Of a stretch of 64,000 nt of DNA, positions 1-9,497 are shown one piece after another (the first letter of the stretch is position 1; every line of letters begins with the position of its first letter). Both the position numbers and the translations under genes were made by a program. The notes beneath the pieces are model-generated. The model made no database searches. It was not told where the DNA came from and saw only the letters and a program-made list of their open reading frames with translations. Origin of the DNA: a virus (Duplodnaviria; Heunggongvirae; Uroviricota; Caudoviricetes); IMG/VR virus record IMGVR_UViG_3300046055_000032, positions 22,145 to 86,144 of that record; one strand, 5' to 3'.

Positions 1-167
1 CGAGAAGGAGTGCGAGTGGTGCGATGTCCAGTCGTTGTGCCGGGCCGAGGACGATGGGGAGGACGGTTGGGTGCGCGTGAAAGCTGGGAACCACAAGGAG
101 ACGTGGCGGTCACCGTTGGAGGACGTCAAGGAGAACGATACGGTGCTCCAGCCCGAGGCCGTTACTG

Positions 168-341
168 ATGAGTGATCCGAACCTGAAGCTCGTTCTCGCT
201 GCCTTGCTGGAGCGGGAGGGTGGCGGCGTCGTCGTTACGGCGAAGGATTTGGAGCGTGCGTCGGGTGCGAGTGATCGCGTCGTCGTGGAGCGCAGCGACG
301 AGATGGACGGTTGGATCGTTACGTTGCGCGGCGACGAATGA
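168..341 (+). CDS. small hypothetical protein (57 aa)
   Basis: ATG-initiated ORF, acidic, codon usage consistent with the rest; ATGA overlap with the next ORF. Confidence 0.3.
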   Translation: MSDPNLKLVLAALLEREGGGVVVTAKDLERASGASDRVVVERSDEMDGWIVTLRGDE

Positions 342-514
342 TCGTGGCGTCGACGGTGGGTTGGAAGACGCACGTTTTGCCGCGAGCGGGTGAGGGCGTG
401 CCGGCTCGTTGCGGTCTCTGCCCCGCTTGGGGATGGGGTTACGTGCAGGAGAACGCGACGTTGGCGGGAGTTCGCGCGGGCGAGTTGTGTGAGCGTTGCG
501 AGCGCTCGCTTTGA
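338..514 (+). CDS. small Cys-rich (Zn-ribbon-like) protein
   Basis: Internal ATG of track ORF 311..514; CGLCP...CERCERS motif; translationally coupled to the upstream ORF. Confidence 0.3.
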   Translation: MIVASTVGWKTHVLPRAGEGVPARCGLCPAWGWGYVQENATLAGVRAGELCERCERSL

Positions 515-620
515 TTGATTGGCGTTACGCCAGCCAAATATTTAAATCTCTAAAGAGCCTTGGCTCGCTGGCGAGGTGCCAAGCATTCATGTTCGCATCG
601 ATCCGGGAGAGTGACGTTCG

Positions 621-1832
621 ATGAGTGCAACCGCGTTCGCGATCGCGGGGTTCGGTTCGTTCGGTCTTCTCGCGTACGCCGTGACGCAAATCGACGAGCT
701 GCGGGATCGTTTCCCGTTCGTCGGTGAGAGCGATGGGGTCGGTGCGGACACTGGGGATGTGTACGACCCCATCCTGATGTCGAATGTCGTGGACGGCTGG
801 GGATGGTGCTGCCTGGACTGCTCGTCGCATTCGTGGTCGAACCGCGAGTACCGGAAGCAGAACGCTGAAGAGTACGCTCAACGGCACGAACGAGAGTACG
901 GGCACGGTACCGTTCTCGCGCCCGCGAACGAGATACGCGACGCCGTGAACGGGAAGTCGATTTCGTACGAGAGCGGAACGGATGACGGTCTCCACGAATG
1001 CGTTTGTGGTGCCGAGTTCGCGACGGCCAGACAGTTAACGGGTCATTACTCTCACTGTGACGAGTACCTTTCCGAGGACGAGGACGTCGAGGCCGATCCC
1101 GAGGACGTCGAGCCCAGCATCCAGACCACGGAGCCCGATGCCGAGGCCGTGCAGCCTGAGGCGAACTCCGAGTTCAAGGTCGAGATCGACACGGACCCGA
1201 ACGCTCGGAACGCCTCAGAGGACGAACCCGCCGACGACAGCGACGAGCCGCACCCCGAGTACCCGAAAGCGATGCCCGGTGACGTGCCGCGCCTCGTCGA
1301 ACCTCACCGGTTCGCAGACGACCTGGACTGCCCGGTCGCGGGATGCGGTTTCCATCACGACTGGAAGCCCAGCATCGCGCTGCACGCCTCCTCCACGCAT
1401 GACATGACCATGGACGAATGGTTGGACGTTTTCCTCGCAACGAACAGGAACGAGGACGGGGGACAGCTTGCCATGAGCGACGGGACCGGGAAAGGTTACA
1501 AGTATCTCGTCATGGACGAACTGACGAGCCGTGACGAGCCCGGGCGCTTCGAGGTGGGCGACCTCGCCGAGCACGTCGGGTTACCGAACGCGACCGTCAG
1601 CTCCATCCTGTCCCGACTTCACGGCGAGTTGGATGGGCTCGTTGATGGCGGGTACGGTGAATGGGTGTGGCGTCCCGAGCGGGAGCGATGGGAGGAGCCG
1701 CGGGCGTGCGACGAGCCGGGGTGCGGTTTCAGCACGGACGTGCCGAGCGCGATGCAGCGGCACATTGAAACCAAGCACGGCCGCGACGTTGACGTTGCCG
1801 GTCGTGATGACACAACGCCCGAGGCGGCGTGA
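621..1832 (+). CDS. membrane-anchored protein with C2H2-like zinc fingers and a C-terminal wHTH-like segment (putative regulator)
   Basis: 403 aa ORF; N-terminal hydrophobic helix; HECVCGAEF...HYSHC and CPVAGCGFHHD...H motifs; LAEHVGLPNATVSSILSRL helix-turn-helix-like; SD-like GGGAGAGTGA upstream. Confidence 0.55.
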   Translation: MSATAFAIAGFGSFGLLAYAVTQIDELRDRFPFVGESDGVGADTGDVYDPILMSNVVDGWGWCCLDCSSHSWSNREYRKQNAEEYAQRHEREYGHGTVLAPANEIRDAVNGKSISYESGTDDGLHECVCGAEFATARQLTGHYSHCDEYLSEDEDVEADPEDVEPSIQTTEPDAEAVQPEANSEFKVEIDTDPNARNASEDEPADDSDEPHPEYPKAMPGDVPRLVEPHRFADDLDCPVAGCGFHHDWKPSIALHASSTHDMTMDEWLDVFLATNRNEDGGQLAMSDGTGKGYKYLVMDELTSRDEPGRFEVGDLAEHVGLPNATVSSILSRLHGELDGLVDGGYGEWVWRPERERWEEPRACDEPGCGFSTDVPSAMQRHIETKHGRDVDVAGRDDTTPEAA

Positions 1833-1835
1833 CGT

Positions 1836-2174
1836 ATGCGGACGGGCCGGTACGTTACGCGCGGCACGCCCTGCCCGGCGCTGGACTGTGACGGCGAGTT
1901 GCGGCCCGTCCTGACCGGCGTGACGCTCGTCACGGACGATGGTCGCTTGCTCGGCGGATCGCTCGTGGACGAGGACGGTCGCTCGCGGGCGCCGTACGTG
2001 AACGGGGACTTGTTCGGTTGCGAGGCGTGCGGGCAACGTGTCGTGAGCGGGTTCAACGCCGAAGTGGCTCGCGACCAGCTCGATCAAGCTCTGGAAGAGG
2101 GCGTGGCGGCGGGCGACGTGACGCCCGCGTTGAGCCCCGAGATGCGGCGTTTCGTTGCGGCTCGCGATCCGTGA
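1836..2174 (+). CDS. Zn-ribbon protein
   Basis: CPALDCDG...CEACG; 4 nt after the upstream gene. Confidence 0.5.
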   Translation: MRTGRYVTRGTPCPALDCDGELRPVLTGVTLVTDDGRLLGGSLVDEDGRSRAPYVNGDLFGCEACGQRVVSGFNAEVARDQLDQALEEGVAAGDVTPALSPEMRRFVAARDP

Positions 2175-2197
2175 CGGGTTTTTGCTCTCTTTTCGCT

Positions 2198-2263
2198 TTT
2201 AGAAAGTTTAATGAGGGGTGAGGTCATACCATTACTTTAGATAGCGCAGCTACCTATCGAGAG
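2198..2263 (+). promoter_or_regulatory. Conserved promoter/5'UTR cassette (copy D): TTTAGAAAGTTTAATGAG ... GAGAGGTGCCAGAC-GTG
   Basis: Homologous to three minus-strand cassettes at 32.8, 34.0 and 35.1 kb; TATA-like TTTAAT about 60 nt upstream of the start; GAGGTGCC SD-like box immediately 5' of the GTG start of 2264..2689. Confidence 0.5.
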
Positions 2264-2689
2264 GTGCCAGACGTGAGCCAACAACAACGCGACGACGGCG
2301 GACGAGAGCAACGAACGTTCCCCATCGGGGACGAGCAACGGACGGTTGACGAACTGGCGGCGAAGCTCGCGCGATGGGACCGGGTCCGCAAGCAACGGCT
2401 CGGGTGCGAGGACAGCGAGGACGAGCTGAAGGAAGAGTTCGCGCAGCTGGATCTTCCGATCGGAACGCACCGTTTCGGGGACCAGGAACTCAGGGTGCAA
2501 CGTTACAAGCACACGTGGCTGAAGAAACAGGACCTCATCGAGGAGCTGCTCGCCCGGTTCGGTGACGATGTCGAGGATCTCCTCGCCACGGACGAGAACG
2601 GCGAAACGGTGAAGACGTTCCACCCCCGCTTCCGTGGCGAGTCGGAGGGTAAATCGTACATCCCGCAGGGGGAGGCTGACGATGACTGA
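2264..2689 (+). CDS. hypothetical protein (141 aa)
   Basis: GTG start preceded by GAGGTGCC; charged, coiled-coil-like. Confidence 0.5.
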   Translation: MPDVSQQQRDDGGREQRTFPIGDEQRTVDELAAKLARWDRVRKQRLGCEDSEDELKEEFAQLDLPIGTHRFGDQELRVQRYKHTWLKKQDLIEELLARFGDDVEDLLATDENGETVKTFHPRFRGESEGKSYIPQGEADDD

Positions 2690-2873
2690 CGTGCGCCAAA
2701 CCGCGCTGGTCAAGCTGACGAGACGGATGCGCGAGACGGGGCACATCGGGCCCGGTGACATCGTGATTGACGTCGCCATGCCTGGTCACGGTCCCGTCGT
2801 CTGTTACGCTGACCAGCGAACCGTTACCGACAAGCTGCCGGTACCGGACGGTATCATCTTCCCGGAGGAATGA
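2682..2873 (+). CDS. small hypothetical protein (63 aa)
   Basis: Internal ATG (MTDVRQ) of track ORF 2634..2873; overlaps the upstream stop. Confidence 0.35.
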   Translation: MTDVRQTALVKLTRRMRETGHIGPGDIVIDVAMPGHGPVVCYADQRTVTDKLPVPDGIIFPEE

Positions 2874-2877
2874 CCAC

Positions 2878-4101
2878 ATGACGCAACAAGCAGACACCAC
2901 GTGGACGTGCTCGTGCGGCGGAGCGAGCAACAAGACCTGGAACGAAGAGATCGAGCCCGAGTGGTCGCAAGACGAGCGGCGCGACGAGACGCGCGCCGGC
3001 ACGGCCGCGCGACAGCACCGAGGCCGATCGAACGGTGACGGGCACGAGATCATGGTTCACGTGGCCACGGACGAGAACCCGTGGGTGCGCGAGGACCACG
3101 ACGTGATCGAGGTCCGCGGCCGCATCACGTCGTTCGCGTTCGATACGGACAAGAACCAAGGCCAGTTGACGATCCGGGGCCTCGACGGCGACCAGTACGA
3201 GGCCGAGCTGCCGTCGCGCGCAGCCGCGATGCTCAGTCACCGGCCACAGTACGGGTCGGAACTCACCTACGGCGAGCGCGTCACGATCATGGACGAGGAA
3301 CCGGATCGGGTCGCCGAGGATTGCACGGACCCGGCCGTGTTCCGGATCGTGCAAGACGAGACGCCGTGGCTGTTCGGCGTGGTGAGCGAGAAGTACGAGC
3401 CCGTGAGCGTGAACGATCTGCGGGACGCTGTCCAGGACGTGGCCGAGGACTTGGACGTTCAAATCGTTCGCGAGCCCGACGGTCAGCATGGCGGGATCAT
3501 GGACGTGACCCTTGGGGAACGCGGCCCCGCAGAGCTGAGTCTGTTCGTGAACGCTGGGCACAAGAATGGGATGGAGAGCGCTCAAGCGCGGGCGCGTGCC
3601 GAGGTTCTCGCTTGCCAGAACATGATGACGCTCGACGTGGACGGGCTCGTCGCGGACGTTCCACAGCTCCGGTTCGAGCGACGGGCACGTCACTTGCCGG
3701 GTAGCGTGGAGGCGTTCGCTGACGACCTCATGGAGCTGCAAGAGGTCGCGGAACAGTTCCAGACGATGACGGACGCGGCGACGAGCGCTGACGTCACCGA
3801 GGACGACGTCCAGCACATCCTGCGCTTCTACGTGGAGCGGGGCCGCATCAGCGAGCGCACGAAGAACCTCGTCTTGCAGGCGTGGGGTGATGACGACATC
3901 ACGCAAGAGCCGGGAACGTTGTATGGGCTCGCGATGGCGGCGACGTGGGTCGGTACGCACGGCGTGCTGCCAAACGGGAACGATCTCAGCGGTGGCGTCA
4001 CAGAGGAGTTGCAGCAGATCGGTGGTGAGATGTTGATCGTTGCGCCGAGCGTTGACGAGTACATGGATCTCGTCGTGGAGAACCAGCCGGTGGAGGCGTA
4101 A
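2878..4101 (+). CDS. hypothetical protein (407 aa), conserved phage/plasmid-like protein
   Basis: Internal ATG (MTQQADTTW) of track ORF 2767..4101; long acidic ORF with a CSCGG motif. Confidence 0.55.
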   Translation: MTQQADTTWTCSCGGASNKTWNEEIEPEWSQDERRDETRAGTAARQHRGRSNGDGHEIMVHVATDENPWVREDHDVIEVRGRITSFAFDTDKNQGQLTIRGLDGDQYEAELPSRAAAMLSHRPQYGSELTYGERVTIMDEEPDRVAEDCTDPAVFRIVQDETPWLFGVVSEKYEPVSVNDLRDAVQDVAEDLDVQIVREPDGQHGGIMDVTLGERGPAELSLFVNAGHKNGMESAQARARAEVLACQNMMTLDVDGLVADVPQLRFERRARHLPGSVEAFADDLMELQEVAEQFQTMTDAATSADVTEDDVQHILRFYVERGRISERTKNLVLQAWGDDDITQEPGTLYGLAMAATWVGTHGVLPNGNDLSGGVTEELQQIGGEMLIVAPSVDEYMDLVVENQPVEA

Positions 4102-4176
4102 CGGGTTCGGAGGATGGAAGGGCGGGGGCTGCGGGGCCAGGGCTGCCCCTCCCCTCCTCGGTTCCCCTGGCCCCTG

Positions 4177-4746
4177 TTATCGGTTCTCGATCCAGGACGT
4201 CAGGCGTGCTTGCACGTTCTCGTTCACGATGTCGTCAGCGTCGCGGAGACGTACCTGGTCGATCGCGGGCCGCATGAACGGTTGCGGTTCCACGCCGGGG
4301 TGCATGACTTTTTGCGCGAACACTGTTTTCGTTCCGCCTGTGTTGGGGTCGTGAACGTTGAAGCGGAGCGCGTCCGCGTTCGTGGGCGTGATCTCGTACT
4401 TGGTCCAGGTCCGTTTCCCGGGCGGCACGGTCGGCCAGTCGGGCGCCACCATGGGGTGGCGATCGGCGAAGGGTTCCCCTTTCGTGGCGCTGCCGAACTC
4501 TTGCGAGGCCGCGTAGTCGGCGTCTGCGCCGAAAATGCTTCGCAGTCCCGTCGTGGTTCGCGTGACGGGGTTGGCGTAAATGCTGCGCTGCAAGTTCCCG
4601 GCGCCGGTCCCGTCACCGACGGGCGCGTTGCGGATCGCTAACTCTTCGATCCGGTGACTAATGTCTTGGATGGCGTCGCGGATGCCGCGCCGGATGGCGT
4701 CTTTGATCTCGTCGCTGTGATCCTCGACGTTGAGGCGGTTCGGCAT
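4177..4746 (-). CDS. HK97 gp10-like head-tail connector / tail-completion protein
   Basis: AIRNAPVGDGTGAGNLQRSIY resembles the ApvdTGnLrrSi signature of the HK97_gp10 family. Confidence 0.5.
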   Translation of the reverse strand: MPNRLNVEDHSDEIKDAIRRGIRDAIQDISHRIEELAIRNAPVGDGTGAGNLQRSIYANPVTRTTTGLRSIFGADADYAASQEFGSATKGEPFADRHPMVAPDWPTVPPGKRTWTKYEITPTNADALRFNVHDPNTGGTKTVFAQKVMHPGVEPQPFMRPAIDQVRLRDADDIVNENVQARLTSWIENR

Positions 4747-4747
4747 G

Positions 4748-5830
4748 TCAGGTTCCGTGCGTGTGTTTCGGTTTCACCCACGCGCTGGCTTCGATGCTGA
4801 AGTCGCTGGACGTGTTCGAGTCGTTGTTAATGATCTCGATTTGGAGCGTGGAGAGCGGGTCTTCGCCGTTCACGTCCGTGGTTCCGCGAACGATGGCGGC
4901 CCAGGCGTGCGACGGGATGAAGTCCGTCCAGGATTGTTGCCGGCCGGACGTATCGTCTGACGTCGTGACGGCCATCGTCTTGTACGGGGTTGGTTCCCCG
5001 TCCTCGTACAGTTTCCATTGATAGTCCACGGATTCTTGGGCCGTGATGGCGATCTTGTACGTGAATCCGTCGTCGTCGGCGAGGTTTAGGATCTCGTTCG
5101 CGAACCGGAGCTTGATGTCCTCGACGCCGCCACTGTTAACGTTGATGGTGTCTTGGACTTGCGCGCCGGTCGTGTTGCGCGTCGGGGAGCCGGCTTGCCC
5201 GGTCGCGGTCGTGGATTGGATGTTCGTTTCGACTTCCTCGTGCCGGCGCCGGTTGCGTTCCATTTTGGCGAGACGGCTCGGTTTCGGGAGGCCGACGCGG
5301 ACCGTTAGCGCTTCGCGCATCTGCTCGTACTCGAATCCCATGAAGCGGCCGGTGAGTTGCGTACCGTTGGATCGGCGGACGCCCACCTTGTCTCCAACGT
5401 TCGCGTTAAAGTCGTCACCTTGCAGCTCTCCCGAGTAAAGCGTGGCTTCGATTTGTCGGATACCGTTATAGTTGCCGTCGTCGTCTTGCCCGTTGTACAT
5501 TTCGATGAGCGTGTTCGCGAGCTTTTGCGCGGTTGTTTGGTCGTCGATCCAGGGAGTATACACGACGGCTTCGCGGCGACCGAAGGCATCGATGCTGTTC
5601 GTGTCCGTGATGAAGTCCGTTTCCTCTTGCGGTTCGCCGGTTCCCATGCCGGCGTACCGTACCGTGATGGCGTTCATGATTCTCTCGCGATCCAGGTCGC
5701 TTTTCAGTTTGCGTAGTTCGGTGTCCTCGTCCAGGATGCGATCCTCGTCGGGGCCGTCGAACGGGTTCGTTGTATCGAACCGTTCCCCGTCGGATGTTTG
5801 GTAATTGACTCGGAGTGTCGGTCCGCCCAT
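4748..5830 (-). CDS. virion structural protein (360 aa)
   Basis: Ser/Thr/Asn-rich ORF in the structural block; 2 nt after the upstream gene. Confidence 0.55.
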   Translation of the reverse strand: MGGPTLRVNYQTSDGERFDTTNPFDGPDEDRILDEDTELRKLKSDLDRERIMNAITVRYAGMGTGEPQEETDFITDTNSIDAFGRREAVVYTPWIDDQTTAQKLANTLIEMYNGQDDDGNYNGIRQIEATLYSGELQGDDFNANVGDKVGVRRSNGTQLTGRFMGFEYEQMREALTVRVGLPKPSRLAKMERNRRRHEEVETNIQSTTATGQAGSPTRNTTGAQVQDTINVNSGGVEDIKLRFANEILNLADDDGFTYKIAITAQESVDYQWKLYEDGEPTPYKTMAVTTSDDTSGRQQSWTDFIPSHAWAAIVRGTTDVNGEDPLSTLQIEIINNDSNTSSDFSIEASAWVKPKHTHGT

Positions 5831-5832
5831 CG

Positions 5833-6492
5833 TTAGTAGTCCATAGCGTACGTGATGGCAACGATGTCGCCGTCCGTGACGGACGTCGCGGTAACGCTCG
5901 CGTGATCCAGGAGGAAGTCGGCGAGGCTGGCGCCGCCGTAGTTGCCGACGATGTACAGGCCGACGTTCGTGATGTCCATTGATCCTTGATCGTGCTCGTA
6001 CTGCATGGATACGTCAAGTTTCGTATTGTGGATGTCGAGCGTGGAGGAGTCCACGGCGGATGTGACTTGCTCGCCGCTGACCGTCGTGTCCGTGCGTGAC
6101 GGGGACGCGCCCCCGTTACCGTACGCCAATTTCAGTTTCTCGTCGGGGTTATCGTTCCAGAAGTGTGGGTCCAAAGTGTTTCCGTTCTCGCCGATTTTGA
6201 TCGCAACGGTCCGGTTGTTGCCGCCGCTGTCCGTGAGCGTGCGTTCGTTGTCAGCGTTCTGTCGGCTGGGCTCGAAGAGGCCGTCCAGGATCTTGCCCCA
6301 GTTCTCGTTCCCCAGCTCGCGCTCGCTCCATCCGCTGGATCGGGCCGGTTCGGGCGCGTGCGGGTCGTTCCATACGTCGACGCGAGCGTACATTCCGATC
6401 GGGAAGCTCCCGTCCTCGTCGGGGAGTGATCGCTCCCGGGGCTTGTCTCCGCTCCAGGCGTCGGCGTCAATGTTCGTCATCGTCGTCACCAT
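5833..6492 (-). CDS. tail fiber / receptor-binding-like protein, paralog B
   Basis: Paralogous to 6486..7133 (GMYARVDV vs GMRGRVAV; C-terminal GDIVAITYAMDY vs GDTVQVTYEISW). Confidence 0.55.
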   Translation of the reverse strand: MVTTMTNIDADAWSGDKPRERSLPDEDGSFPIGMYARVDVWNDPHAPEPARSSGWSERELGNENWGKILDGLFEPSRQNADNERTLTDSGGNNRTVAIKIGENGNTLDPHFWNDNPDEKLKLAYGNGGASPSRTDTTVSGEQVTSAVDSSTLDIHNTKLDVSMQYEHDQGSMDITNVGLYIVGNYGGASLADFLLDHASVTATSVTDGDIVAITYAMDY

Positions 6493-7133
6493 GAAATTTC
6501 GTACGTTACTTGTACCGTGTCGCCGTCGGAGACGTTTGGGCCGCTGATGTATGTGTGATCCATCAAGGAGTAGTGATACGCGGCGTCCGTACCGTTATTG
6601 CTGTTAACGAGGAGGTAATAACCGATGTTCTCGACCGTGGTGGGGCTCCCTCCGTAAGCGGAGGACCCGCTAACGGTTAGCGTTCCGTTGCTGGTATCGA
6701 GTGACGTTTCGCCGGCGTTAAACTCATCGTACTTGGAACTGATGTCGTCATCGCTGATGGACGCGCTGCCGCTGCCGTCGTCTCCCCACCCTACGCGAGC
6801 CCAAGTGAAACGGTCATCAGCGTCCGCGAACACGTTTGACCATTCCGTTTGTCCTTCGGCGTTTTCCCAAGTTTGGAACGTAATCTTGGCGCCGTTATAA
6901 ACTTGGATTTTGTCTCCGCCGTCGGTTACTTGTTGGACGCTCACGTCACCGGGTTTGTCAGTAAGGATGCTGTGGAAGAGCAGTCCGAAGTTCTGGGTCC
7001 CGAGCTGGTACGGGGACCAAGGGCTGTGCTCCGTTTCGCCGTTCTCGCGATGCACTGCGACGCGTCCGCGCATCCCGACGGCGACGCCGGGTTTGTGTTC
7101 CGGTCGCGGTGGTTCCCACGTTTCAATCGGCAC
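6486..7133 (-). CDS. tail fiber / receptor-binding-like protein, paralog A
   Basis: GTG start; paralog of 5833..6492; overlaps it by 7 nt. Confidence 0.55.
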   Translation of the reverse strand: MPIETWEPPRPEHKPGVAVGMRGRVAVHRENGETEHSPWSPYQLGTQNFGLLFHSILTDKPGDVSVQQVTDGGDKIQVYNGAKITFQTWENAEGQTEWSNVFADADDRFTWARVGWGDDGSGSASISDDDISSKYDEFNAGETSLDTSNGTLTVSGSSAYGGSPTTVENIGYYLLVNSNNGTDAAYHYSLMDHTYISGPNVSDGDTVQVTYEISW

Positions 7134-7215
7134 CGTCGTCCTCCTCCTCCTCCTCGTCGTCGTCGTCGTTGATGATTTGAGCGTACCCGTTTTGTTCGAA
7201 ACCGATAGTCGTCAT
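7134..7215 (-). repeat. Trinucleotide microsatellite (GAC)4(GAG)5(GAC)2 inside a 30-codon upstream ORF (MTTIGFEQNGYAQIINDDDDEEEEEDDGAD)
   Basis: Perfect triplet array at about 7134-7168; the ATG at 7215 opens a short ORF ending in a TGA that overlaps the GTG start of 6486..7133. Confidence 0.4.
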
Positions 7216-7223
7216 GTTATCAC

Positions 7224-9497
7224 TTAGGGGTTAATGTCCAGCGTGGGGTTGAGAGTGTACGTTTTCGATGTTTGCGTTCCGCTCGGCTCGACGGTGACGT
7301 CACCGGTCAAGGGATAACTCTTCGAGATGAACGTCCCGCTTGGCTCGATCGTGAGATCGCCAGCAAGGCTATAGTCCTTGTTCGTGAGTGTTCCAGCGGG
7401 CTCGATCGTGAGATCGCCGGTCAGCGAGTAGTTGAACGTTTCGTCGGCCGTCGGGTTCGGGCTCGGCGGTTCGGCCGTTTCCGAGACGCCGGTCGTGGTG
7501 TCGATGCTGATATAGTCCTCGAACCGGGGGCTGCCGCTGCTGCCCGTCATGGCGAGATCGTACAGGAAATCGCGGACGTTCTCGTTCCGTACGCGAACGA
7601 CTTGTTCCTCGCCGGTATCAATGGCGCCTCCGACGACGTTGCGGGCACCCTCTTGCTCTTCGAGCTGCTCCAGGACGGGCGTTGGGCGTTCGTCGATGCG
7701 CCATTGCGCGACGGTCGTTGAACTCAAACCCCCGGAAGCCGACCCCGGACCCCGGATCTCTTCCCGCGGCCGCGTGATGGTTCGAAGGGTCGCTTTGGGC
7801 TCGCTGTCGTCCCAGATCTGGCCGTAATTCGCGCTGCCGTCCAGGACGTCCCGGGTAACGTTCCCGTTCCCGTCCAAGTCGTGAGCGGCACCGAGCGTGA
7901 AATACCCGTCCTCGCCACCTTTCGGCGTGATGTTAATGTTCGACGTGTACTCGTTCCCGTTGATGGAGACGGTCAAGTCGTCTTCTTGGAGGTCACGGTA
8001 CACCCAGACACGGTTGAGGCCGGTCGGGACGTTACCGACTTGAACGGTTTGCGCGCCGCCGTCGCCTTCGTGCCGGAACACCAGTTCGTCCGAGGCGTTC
8101 ACGGACAGTTCGTAAAGCGTGTTCGTTCGATCCGTGCCGGTCGTGCTCGTCGTGCCGGTCCATCCCAGGATGCCGTGCTCGACGCCCGAAGCGTCGCGCT
8201 CGAAGATGACGGCGATGGATAGGTCGCCCGTGATGCGGAGCTGGTCGTCGTGCCCAACCGCCTCCCCATCGCTTCCATCCGCCTCGATGCCGATCCCCCA
8301 TTTGGGCTCAGCGCTCTCGCGCGTCCCGATGGGGTGCTCTCGCCGGAGATGAATGTTGTTGTTGGTGGTGTCGTCGAGGGACAGTTTCGGCGACCCCTCG
8401 TACAGGCCCATCGGGAACCATGTCTGTTCGTCGCCGAGGAGACCGATCGGGCCGCTGCCGGACGTGTATTCCGTGAGGACGCCGAGCGGTTTCGGGATGT
8501 CCCAGAAACGGGCGCCATAGACGTGCCCGTCGAGATAGCGGTTGCCGTCATCGTGCCCGATGTAACACTCTCCATCCCCGCCGCCGTCCGGGGAGTTGCT
8601 GTACGTTTCATCAATGAATGTGTCGCCGTCCACGTTGATCTCGATGGTTTGCTCGGCGTCGTCGCGCGATAGCGTGAGGACGTGAAAACCGGGGGGGATG
8701 CCGTTCGAGCTGGTGAACGTTACGGAATTGTTCGAGCCGTACTGGTGACGGTACCGGAGAACGTTCCCGTTGTTGCTGGGCTCGATCTCCAGGTAGTACT
8801 GGTCGTTGTCGCTTTGCGATGTACCGGCAGAAGAGGTCCAACCGAGGAGCGGGTCCACGCTCCCGTCGCTGTTGCGATGGAAAGCGAAGAGGATGGTTAG
8901 GTCGCCACCGTGACTGCCTCCGAACTTCAAGTCCAGAGAACCGCTGTACAGGTACCCGTTGCTGCCATCGAAACCGTAACCGGTCTGGAACTTGTCTTGC
9001 CTCGAAACGTTGGAGAGACCGTCGTCGCTTTCGTTCAAGTAGAGGTTACCGACCTTGTCGTGCGGGCTCGCGTACCCGCGCTGCTCGCCCATGATGATGC
9101 TGCGAACGTTCCCCTCGTGCTGCTCTTCGTTGTCGAACACCTTTGACAGCATCTCGCGCTCCAAGCCCTTGCCGCGGAGTTCGTACGTGACGGGCTTGTT
9201 ATTGTACGCGTCGATGGCGGATTGGTCATCGGATTCGGCACGATCGAGGACGCCCGTGAACAGGAACGTTCCGTCCGTTCCGTCCGTGCTGTCGTTCTTC
9301 GTTACACGGAACAGGCGGTCGTTCGTCATGAGATCCTGGACGGACGACGACGTCACGTACGCGGTCAGGGAGACGGTCGGGATCTCGTTCAGTGAGCGCC
9401 CGAGCGACATGCCCGTAAAGCGATCCACTTCGTACCAAGCCTCGGCGTCGTCGTCGAAGAGCCACAACTTGTAGTATTGGCTCGTCACGTTACCCAC
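7224..9497 (-). CDS. large tail fiber/adhesin with two LamG (concanavalin-like) domains and three C-terminal 18-aa tandem repeats
   Basis: 757 aa; two similar roughly 130-aa segments (GDLTILFAFHRNSDGS.../GDLSIAVIFERDASG...); C-terminal repeats YSLTGDLTIEPAGTLTNK / YSLAGDLTIEPSGTFISK / YPLTGDVTVEPSGTQTSK. Confidence 0.65.
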   Translation of the reverse strand: MGNVTSQYYKLWLFDDDAEAWYEVDRFTGMSLGRSLNEIPTVSLTAYVTSSSVQDLMTNDRLFRVTKNDSTDGTDGTFLFTGVLDRAESDDQSAIDAYNNKPVTYELRGKGLEREMLSKVFDNEEQHEGNVRSIIMGEQRGYASPHDKVGNLYLNESDDGLSNVSRQDKFQTGYGFDGSNGYLYSGSLDLKFGGSHGGDLTILFAFHRNSDGSVDPLLGWTSSAGTSQSDNDQYYLEIEPSNNGNVLRYRHQYGSNNSVTFTSSNGIPPGFHVLTLSRDDAEQTIEINVDGDTFIDETYSNSPDGGGDGECYIGHDDGNRYLDGHVYGARFWDIPKPLGVLTEYTSGSGPIGLLGDEQTWFPMGLYEGSPKLSLDDTTNNNIHLRREHPIGTRESAEPKWGIGIEADGSDGEAVGHDDQLRITGDLSIAVIFERDASGVEHGILGWTGTTSTTGTDRTNTLYELSVNASDELVFRHEGDGGAQTVQVGNVPTGLNRVWVYRDLQEDDLTVSINGNEYTSNINITPKGGEDGYFTLGAAHDLDGNGNVTRDVLDGSANYGQIWDDSEPKATLRTITRPREEIRGPGSASGGLSSTTVAQWRIDERPTPVLEQLEEQEGARNVVGGAIDTGEEQVVRVRNENVRDFLYDLAMTGSSGSPRFEDYISIDTTTGVSETAEPPSPNPTADETFNYSLTGDLTIEPAGTLTNKDYSLAGDLTIEPSGTFISKSYPLTGDVTVEPSGTQTSKTYTLNPTLDINP

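Noticed and set aside
110-373. Minus-strand ORF 110..373 at the left end
   Set aside because: The translation is Arg/Ser/Thr-rich with no coding-like periodicity. The small plus-strand ORFs at 168..341 and 338..514, which show ATGA coupling, are preferred.
7134-7168. (GAC)n(GAG)n repeat as a frameshift-causing phase-variation tract
   Set aside because: The repeat unit is 3 nt, so gain or loss of units preserves the frame. It is noted only as a microsatellite / acidic uORF.
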